A DNA stretch of 64,000 nt from the human T2T-CHM13v2.0 reference genome, Homo sapiens. The stretch lies in NCBI RefSeq assembly GCF_009914755.1, contig NC_060941.1; one strand, given 5' to 3'. Shown one piece after another: positions 54,901-64,000 of this stretch. A model generated the notes under the pieces. It saw only the letters and a program-made list of their open reading frames with translations, made no database searches and had not been told where the DNA came from. Within the stretch, counting starts at the first letter, position 1. Each line of letters opens with the position of its first letter. Made by a program: the position numbers and the translations under genes.

Positions 54901-57900
54901 AAGTGGATATTTGGACCTCTCTGAGGATTTCGTTGGAAACGGGATAACTGCACCTAACTAAACGGAAGCATTCTCAGAAACTTCTTGGTGATGTTTGCAT
55001 TCAAATCCCAGAGTCGAACCTTCCTTTGATAGTTCAGGTTTGAAACACTCTTTTTGTAGGATCTGCAAGTGGATATTTGGACCACTCTGTGGCCTTCGTT
55101 CGAAACGGGTATATCTTCGCATAAAATCTAGACAGAAGCCTTCTCAGAAACTTCTCTGTGATGATTGCATTCAACTCACAGAGTTGAACCCTCCTATGGA
55201 TAGAGCAGTGTTGAAACTCTCTTTTTGTGGAATCTGCAAGTGGATATGTGGACCTCTCCGAAGATGTCTTTGGAAACGGGAATATCTTCACATAAAAACT
55301 AAACAGAAGCATTCTCAGAAACTTCTCTGTGATGTTTGTGTTCAACTCCCAGAGTTTCACATTGCTTTTCATAGAGTAGTTCTGAAACATGCTTTTCGTA
55401 GTGTCTACAAGTGGACATTTGGAGCGCTTTCAGGCCTGTGGTGGAAAACGAATTATGGTCACATAAAAACTGGAGAGAAGCATTGTCAGAAACTTCTTTG
55501 TGATGATTGCATTCAACTCACAGAGTTGAAGGTTCCTTTTCAAAGAGCAGTTTCCAATCACTCTTTGTGTGGAATCTGCAAGTGGATATTTGGACCTATT
55601 TTGAAGATTTCGTTGGAAACGGGAGAATCTTCACAGGAAAGCTAAACAGAAGCATTCTCAGAAACTTCTTTGTGATGCTTGCATTCAACTCACAGAGTTG
55701 AACTTTCCTTTCGAGAGAGAAGCTTTGAAACACTCTTTTTCCAGAATCTGCAAGTGGACATTTGGAGGGCTTTGAGGCCTGTGGTGGAAAAGGAATTATC
55801 TTCCCGTAAAAGCTAGATAGAAGCATTCTCAGAAACTACTTTGTGATGATTGCATTCAAGTCACAGAGTTGAACATTCCCTTTGACAGAGCAGTTTGGAA
55901 ACTCTCTTTGTGTAGAATCTGCAAGTGGAGATACGGACCGCTTTGAGGCCTATGGTAGTAAAGGAAATAGCTTCATATAAAAGCTAGACAGTAGCATTCA
56001 CAGAAAACTCTTGGTGACGACTGAGTTTAACTCACAGAGCTGAACATTCCTTTGGATGGAGCAGTTTCGAAACACACTATTTGTAGAATGTGCAAGTGGA
56101 TATTTAGGCCTCTCTGAGGATTTCGTTGGAAACGGGATAAACCGCACAGAACTAAACAGAAGCATTCTCAGAACCTTCTTCGTGATGTTTGCATTCAACT
56201 CACAGTGTTGAACCTTTCTTTGATAGTTCAGGTTTGAAACGGTCTTTCTGTAGAAACTGCAAGTAGATATTTGGACCTCTCTGAGGATTTCGTTGGAAAC
56301 GGGATAACCCGCACAGAACTAAAACAGAAGCATTCTCAGAACCCTCTTCGTGATGTTTGCATTCAACTCACAGTGCTGAACCTTTCTTTGATAGTTCAGC
56401 TTTGAAACACTCTTTTTGTAGAAACTGCAAGTGGATATTTGGTCCTCTCTGAGCATTTCGTTGGAAACGGGATAAACTGCACAGAACTAAACAGAAGCAT
56501 TCTCAGAACCTTCTTCGTGATGTCTGCATTCAACTCACAGTGTGGAACCTTTCTTTGATAGTTCAGGTTTGAAACACTCTTTTTGTAGAAACTGCAAGGG
56601 GATCATTGCACTCTTTGAGGAGTACCGTAGTAAAGGAAATAACTTCCTATAAAAAGAAGACAGAAGCTTTCTCAGAAAATTCTTTGGGATGATTGAGTTG
56701 AACTCACAGAGCTGAGCATTCCTTGCGATGTAGCAGTTTAGAAACACACTTTCTGCAGAATCTGCAAGTGCATATTTGGACCTCTCTGAGGAATTCGTTG
56801 GAAACGGGATAATTTCAGCTGACTAAACAGAAGCAGTCTCAGAATCTTCTTTGTGATGTTTGCATTCAAATCCCCGAGTTGAACTTTCCTTTCAAAGTTC
56901 ACGTTTGAAACACTCTTTTTGCAGGATCTACAAGTGGATATTTGGACCACTCTGTGTCCTTCGTTCGAAACGGGTATATCTTCACATGACATCTAGACAG
57001 AAGCATCCTCAGAAGCTTCTCTGTGATGACTGCATTCAACTCACGGAGTTGAACACTCCTTTTGAGAGCGCAGTTTTGAAACTCTCTTTCTGTGGCATCT
57101 GCAAGGGGACATGTAGACCTCTTTGAAGATTTCGTTGGAAACGGAATCATCTTCACATAAAAACTATACAGATGCATTCTCAGGAACTTTTTGGTGATGT
57201 TTGTATTCAACTCCCAGAGTTGAACTTTCCTTTGGAAAGAGCAGCTATGAGACACTGTTTCTCTAGAATCTGCAAGTGGACGTTTGGAGGGCTTTGTGGT
57301 TTGTGGTGGAAAAGGAAATATCTTCACCTAAATACTAGATAGAAGCATTCTCAGAAACTGCTTTGTGATGATTGCATTCACCTCACAGAGTTGAACATTC
57401 CTATTGATAGAGCAGTTTGGAAACACTCTTGTTGTGGAATGTGCAAGTGGAGATTTGGAGCGCTTTGAGGCCTATGGTAGTAAAGGGAATAGCTTCATAG
57501 AAAAACTAGACAGAAGCATTCTCAGAAAATACTTTGTGATGATTGAGTTTAACTCACAGAGCTGAACATTCCTTTGGATGGAGCAGGTTTGAGACACACT
57601 TTTTGTAGAATCTACAAGTGGATATTTGGACCTCTCTGAGGATTTCGTTGGAAACGGGATAACTGCACCTAACTAAACGGAAGCATTCTCAGAAACTTCT
57701 TGGTGATGTTTGCATTCAAATCCCAGAGTCGAACCTTCCTTTGATAGTTCAGGTTTGAAACACTCTTTTTGTAGGATCTGCAAGTGGATATTTGGACCAC
57801 TCTGTGGCCTTCGTTCGAAACGGGTATATCTTCGCATAAAATCTAGACAGAAGCCTTCTCAGAAACTTCTCTGTGATGATTGCATTCAACTCACAGAGTT

Positions 57901-60900
57901 GAACCCTCCTATGGATAGAGCAGTGTTGAAACTCTCTTTTTGTGGAATCTGCAAGTGGATATGTGGACCTCTCCGAAGATGTCTTTGGAAACGGGAATAT
58001 CTTCACATAAAAACTAAACAGAAGCATTCTCAGAAACTTCTCTGTGATGTTTGTGTTCAACTCCCAGAGTTTCACATTGCTTTTCATAGAGTAGTTCTGA
58101 AACATGCTTTTCGTAGTGTCTACAAGTGGACATTTGGAGCGCTTTCAGGCCTGTGGTGGAAAACGAATTATGGTCACATAAAAACTGGAGAGAAGCATTG
58201 TCAGAAACTTCTTTGTGATGATTGCATTCAACTCACAGAGTTGAAGGTTCCTTTTCAAAGAGCAGTTTCCAATCACTCTTTCTGTGGAATCTGCAAGTGG
58301 ATATTTGGACCTATTTTGAAGATTTCGTTGGAAACGGGAGAATCTTCACAGGAAAGCTAAACAGAAGCATTCTCAGAAACTTCTTTGTGATGCTTGCATT
58401 CAACTCACAGAGTTGAACTTTCCTTTCGAGAGAGAAGCTTTGAAACACTCTTTTTCCAGAATCTGCAAGTGGACATTTGGAGGGCTTTGAGGCCTGTGGT
58501 GGAAAAGGAATTATCTTCCCGTAAAAGCTAGATAGAAGCATTCTCAGAAACTACTTTGTGATGATTGCATTCAAGTCACAGAGTTGAACATTCCCTTTGA
58601 CAGAGCAGTTTGGAAACTCTCTTTGTGTAGAATCTGCAAGTGGAGATATGGACCGCTTTGAGGCCTATGGTAGTAAAGGAAATAGCTTCATATAAAAGCT
58701 AGACAGTAGCATTCACAGAAAACTCTTGGTGACGACTGAGTTTAACTCACAGAGCTGAACATTCCTTTGGATGGAGCAGTTTCGAAACACACTATTTGTA
58801 GAATGTGCAAGTGGATATTTAGGCCTCTCTGAGGATTTCGTTGGAAACGGGATAAACCGCACAGAACTAAACAGAAGCATTCTCAGAACCTTCTTCGTGA
58901 TGTTTGCATTCAACTCACAGTGTTGAACCTTTCTTTGATAGTTCAGGTTTGAAACGGTCTTTCTGTAGAAACTGCAAGTAGATATTTGGACCTCTCTGAG
59001 GATTTCGTTGGAAACGGGATAACCCGCACAGAACTAAAACAGAAGCATTCTCAGAACCCTCTTCGTGATGTTTGCATTCAACTCACAGTGCTGAACCTTT
59101 CTTTGATAGTTCAGCTTTGAAACACTCTTTTTGTAGAAACTGCAAGTGGATATTTGGTCCTCTCTGAGCATTTCGTTGGAAACGGGATAAACTGCACAGA
59201 ACTAAACAGAAGCATTCTCAGAACCTTCTTCGTGATGTCTGCATTCAACTCACAGTGTGGAACCTTTCTTTGATAGTTCAGGTTTGAAACACTCTTTTTG
59301 TAGAAACTGCAAGGGGATCATTGCACTCTTTGAGGAGTACCGTAGTAAAGGAAATAACTTCCTATAAAAAGAAGACAGAAGCTTTCTCAGAAAATTCTTT
59401 GGGATGATTGAGTTGAACTCACAGAGCTGAGCATTCCTTGCGATGTAGCAGTTTAGAAACACACTTTCTGCAGAATCTGCAAGTGCATATTTGGACCTCT
59501 CTGAGGAATTCGTTGGAAACGGGATAATTTCAGCTGACTAAACAGAAGCAGTCTCAGAATCTTCTTTGTGATGTTTGCATTCAAATCCCCGAGTTGAACT
59601 TTCCTTTCAAAGTTCACGTTTGAAACACTCTTTTTGCAGGATCTACAAGTGGATATTTGGACCACTCTGTGTCCTTCGTTCGAAACGGGTATATCTTCAC
59701 ATGACATCTAGACAGAAGCATCCTCAGAAGCTTCTCTGTGATGACTGCATTCAACTCACGGAGTTGAACACTCCTTTTGAGAGCGCAGTTTTGAAACTCT
59801 CTTTCTGTGGCATCTGCAAGGGGACATGTAGACCTCTTTGAAGATTTCGTTGGAAACGGAATCATCTTCACATAAAAACTATACAGATGCATTCTCAGGA
59901 ACTTTTTGGTGATGTTTGTATTCAACTCCCAGAGTTGAACTTTCCTTTGGAAAGAGCAGCTATGAGACACTGTTTCTCTAGAATCTGCAAGTGGACGTTT
60001 GGAGGGCTTTGTGGTTTGTGGTGGAAAAGGAAATATCTTCACCTAAATACTAGATAGAAGCATTCTCAGAAACTGCTTTGTGATGATTGCATTCACCTCA
60101 CAGAGTTGAACATTCCTATTGATAGAGCAGTTTGGAAACACTCTTGTTGTGGAATGTGCAAGTGGAGATTTGGAGCGCTTTGAGGCCTATGGTAGTAAAG
60201 GGAATAGCTTCATAGAAAAACTAGACAGAAGCATTCTCAGAAAATACTTTGTGATGATTGAGTTTAACTCACAGAGCTGAACATTCCTTTGGATGGAGCA
60301 GGTTTGAGACACACTTTTTGTAGAATCTACAAGTGGATATTTGGACCTCTCTGAGGATTTCGTTGGAAACGGGATAACTGCACCTAACTAAACGGAAGCA
60401 TTCTCAGAAACTTCTTGGTGATGTTTGCATTCAAATCCCAGAGTTGAACCTTCCTTTGATAGTTCAGGTTTGAAACACTCTTTTTGTAGGATCTGCAAGT
60501 GGATATTTGGACCACTCTGTGGCCTTCGTTCGAAACGGGTATATCTTCGCATAAAATCTAGACAGAAGCCTTCTCAGAAACTTCTCTGTGATGATTGCAT
60601 TCAACTCACAGAGTTGAACCCTCCTATGGATAGAGCAGTGTTGAAACTCTCTTTTTGTGGAATCTGCAAGTGGATATGTGGACCTCTCCGAAGATGTCTT
60701 TGGAAACGGGAATATCTTCACATAAAAACTAAACAGAAGCATTCTCAGAAACTTCTCTGTGATGTTTGTGTTCAACTCCCAGAGTTTCACATTGCTTTTC
60801 ATAGAGTAGTTCTGAAACATGCTTTTCGTAGTGTCTACAAGTGGACATTTGGAGCGCTTTCAGGCCTGTGGTGGAAAACGAATTATGGTCACATAAAAAC

Positions 60901-63900
60901 TGGAGAGAAGCATTGTCAGAAACTTCTTTGTGATGATTGCATTCAACTCACAGAGTTGAAGGTTCCTTTTCAAAGAGCAGTTTCCAATCACTCTTTCTGT
61001 GGAATCTGCAAGTGGATATTTGGACCTATTTTGAAGATTTCGTTGGAAACGGGAGAATCTTCACAGGAAAGCTAAACAGAAGCATTCTCAGAAACTTCTT
61101 TGTGATGCTTGCATTCAACTCACAGAGTTGAACTTTCCTTTCGAGAGAGAAGCTTTGAAACACTCTTTTTCCAGAATCTGCAAGTGGACATTTGGAGGGC
61201 TTTGAGGCCTGTGGTGGAAAAGGAATTATCTTCCCGTAAAAGCTAGATAGAAGCATTCTCAGAAACTACTTTGTGATGATTGCATTCAAGTCACAGAGTT
61301 GAACATTCCCTTTGACAGAGCAGTTTGGAAACTCTCTTTGTGTAGAATCTGCAAGTGGAGATATGGACCGCTTTGAGGCCTATGGTAGTAAAGGAAATAG
61401 CTTCATATAAAAGCTAGACAGTAGCATTCACAGAAAACTCTTGGTGACGACTGAGTTTAACTCACAGAGCTGAACATTCCTTTGGATGGAGCAGTTTCGA
61501 AACACACTATTTGTAGAATGTGCAAGTGGATATTTAGGCCTCTCTGAGGATTTCGTTGGAAACGGGATAAACCGCACAGAACTAAACAGAAGCATTCTCA
61601 GAACCTTCTTCGTGATGTTTGCATTCAACTCACAGTGTTGAACCTTTCTTTGATAGTTCAGGTTTGAAACGGTCTTTCTGTAGAAACTGCAAGTAGATAT
61701 TTGGACCTCTCTGAGGATTTCGTTGGAAACGGGATAACCCGCACAGAACTAAAACAGAAGCATTCTCAGAACCCTCTTCGTGATGTTTGCATTCAACTCA
61801 CAGTGCTGAACCTTTCTTTGATAGTTCAGCTTTGAAACACTCTTTTTGTAGAAACTGCAAGTGGATATTTGGTCCTCTCTGAGCATTTCGTTGGAAACGG
61901 GATAAACTGCACAGAACTAAACAGAAGCATTCTCAGAACCTTCTTCGTGATGTCTGCATTCAACTCACAGTGTGGAACCTTTCTTTGATAGTTCAGGTTT
62001 GAAACACTCTTTCTGTAGAAACTGCAAGGGGATCATTGCACTCTTTGAGGAGTACCGTAGTAAAGGAAATAACTTCCTATAAAAAGAAGACAGAAGCTTT
62101 CTCAGAAAATTCTTTGGGATGATTGAGTTGAACTCACAGAGCTGAGCATTCCTTGCGATGTAGCAGTTTAGAAACACACTTTCTGCAGAATCTGCAAGTG
62201 CATATTTGGACCTCTGTGAGGAATTCGTTGGAAACGGGATAATTTCAGCTGACTAAACAGAAGCAGTCTCAGAATCTTCTTTGTGATGTTTGCATTCAAA
62301 TCCCCGAGTTGAACTTTCCTTTCAAAGTTCACGTTTGAAACACTCTTTTTGCAGGATCTACAAGTGGATATTTGGACCACTCTGTGTCCTTCGTTCGAAA
62401 CGGGTATATCTTCACATGACATCTAGACAGAAGCATCCTCAGAAGCTTCTCTGTGATGACTGCATTCAACTCACGGAGTTGAACACTCCTTTTGAGAGCG
62501 CAGTTTTGAAACTCTCTTTCTGTGGCATCTGCAAGGGGACATGTAGACCTCTTTGAAGATTTCGTTGGAAACGGAATCATCTTCACATAAAAACTATACA
62601 GATGCATTCTCAGGAACTTTTTGGTGATGTTTGTATTCAACTCCCAGAGTTGAACTTTCCTTTGGAAAGAGCAGCTATGAAACACTGTTTCTCTAGAATC
62701 TGCAAGTGGACGTTTGGAGGGCTTTGTGGTTTGTGGTGGAAAAGGAAATATCTTCACCTAAATACTAGATAGAAGCATTCTCAGAAACTGCTTTGTGATG
62801 ATTGCATTCACCTCACAGAGTTGAACATTCCTATTGGTAGAGCAGTTTGGAAACACTCTTGTTGTGGAATGTGCAAGTGGAGATTTGGAGCGCTTTGAGG
62901 CCTATGGTAGTAAAGGGAATAGCTTCATAGAAAAACTAGACAGAAGCATTCTCAGAAAATACTTTGTGATGATTGAGTTTAACTCACAGAGCTGAACATT
63001 CCTTTGGATGGAGCAGGTTTGAGACACACTTTTTGTAGAATCTACAAGTGGATATTTGGACCTCTCTGAGGATTTCGTTGGAAACGGGATAACTGCACCT
63101 AACTAAACGGAAGCATTCTCAGAAACTTCTTGGTGATGTTTGCATTCAAATCCCAGAGTTGAACCTTCCTTTGATAGTTCAGGTTTGAAACACTCTTTTT
63201 GTAGGATCTGCAAGTGGATATTTGGACCACTCTGTGGCCTTCGTTCGAAACGGGTATATCTTCGCATAAAATCTAGACAGAAGCCTTCTCAGAAACTTCT
63301 CTGTGATGATTGCATTCAACTCACAGAGTTGAACCCTCCTATGGATAGAGCAGTGTTGAAACTCTCTTTTTGTGGAATCTGCAAGTGGATATGTGGACCT
63401 CTCCGAAGATGTCTTTGGAAACGGGAATATCTTCACATAAAAACTAAACAGAAGCATTCTCAGAAACTTCTCTGTGATGTTTGTGTTCAACTCCCAGAGT
63501 TTCACATTGCTTTTCATAGAGTAGTTCTGAAACATGCTTTTCGTAGTGTCTACAAGTGGACATTTGGAGCGCTTTCAGGCCTGTGGTGGAAAACGAATTA
63601 TGGTCACATAAAAACTGGAGAGAAGCATTGTCAGAAACTTCTTTGTGATGATTGCATTCAACTCACAGAGTTGAAGGTTCCTTTTCAAAGAGCAGTTTCC
63701 AATCACTCTTTCTGTGGAATCTGCAAGTGGATATTTGGACCTATTTTGAAGATTTCGTTGGAAACGGGAGAATCTTCACAGGAAAGCTAAACAGAAGCAT
63801 TCTCAGAAACTTCTTTGTGATGCTTGCATTCAACTCACAGAGTTGAACTTTCCTTTCGAGAGAGAAGCTTTGAAACACTCTTTTTCCAGAATCTGCAAGT

Positions 63901-64000
63901 GGACATTTGGAGGGCTTTGAGGCCTGTGGTGGAAAAGGAATTATCTTCCCGTAAAAGCTAGATAGAAGCATTCTCAGAAACTACTTTGTGATGATTGCAT
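15957..64000 (+). repeat. Seventeen complete canonical 16-mer HORs (units 7-23) plus a partial unit 24 (62112-64000)
   Basis: Constant 2715 bp spacing of landmarks and of the ORF track from 16985 to 63140. Confidence 0.96.

Larger units (their letters stand above)
1..64000 (+). repeat. D17Z1: Centromeric alpha-satellite HOR array, 16-mer 2715 bp unit, most likely human chromosome 17 D17Z1 (SF3 family)
   Basis: Seen: alphoid landmarks (cagaagcattctcagaaacttctttgtgatg, cattcaactcacagagttgaac) recur every 167-172 bp; the sequence recurs near-identically every 2715 bp (ORF track 1029/3744/6459 etc.); one GAATTC per unit (110-115, 2825-2830, ...). Established knowledge: D17Z1 is a ~2.7 kb EcoRI 16-mer with 15-mer variants built from SF3 pentamers. 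Array runs off both window ends. Confidence 0.95.

Noticed and set aside
35548-62837. Isolated singleton substitutions (e.g. 35548, 37174, 39436, 40765, 50342, 53563, 54215, 54523, 62837)
   Set aside because: They are ordinary point variation or possible consensus errors, with no shared pattern and no effect on CENP-B cores.
57-63971. All other 61-142 aa ORFs on both strands
   Set aside because: They are overlapping chance frames in satellite DNA that appear or vanish with single SNPs. They were useful only as markers for period and variants.
1-64000. CRISPR-like repeat-spacer interpretation of the recurring conserved motifs
   Set aside because: The sequence between motifs is itself homologous and repeated rather than unique spacers, and there are no cas-like genes.
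1-64000. Transposon insertion, inversion or non-alphoid island
   Set aside because: Unit spacing is fully accounted for by 2715 and 2548 bp periods, and all CENP-B boxes seen are on the same strand, leaving no room for an insertion.

Overview
The whole 64 kb window is one uninterrupted, head-to-tail array of human-type alpha satellite (monomers of 167-172 bp) organised into a 16-monomer, 2715 bp higher-order repeat (HOR). The period, the single EcoRI site per HOR and the pentameric SF3-type (W1-W5) monomer order match the chromosome 17 centromeric array D17Z1; that assignment is from recognition, not a database search. Taking position 1 as an arbitrary phase, units start at 1, 2716, 5431, 8146, 10694, 13409, 15957, 18672, 21387, 24102, 26817, 29532, 32247, 34962, 37677, 40392, 43107, 45822, 48537, 51252, 53967, 56682, 59397 and 62112 (partial). 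'Offset' below means position within a unit in this phase. Twenty-one complete units are 2715 bp 16-mers and two (units 4 and 6) are 2548 bp 15-mers. Each intact 16-mer has 8 canonical CENP-B boxes and 2 degenerate ones. I found no genes, RNA genes, transposon insertions or inversions, and all listed ORFs are repeat artefacts. I cannot support a previously undescribed biological system here. What is worth a second look is the array's fine structure: a precisely mappable 15-mer junction, a 5263 bp super-repeat, nested SNP haplotype blocks, signs of short gene conversion, and one particular CENP-B box that is lost three different ways. SNP patterns were read by eye and need confirming by alignment.
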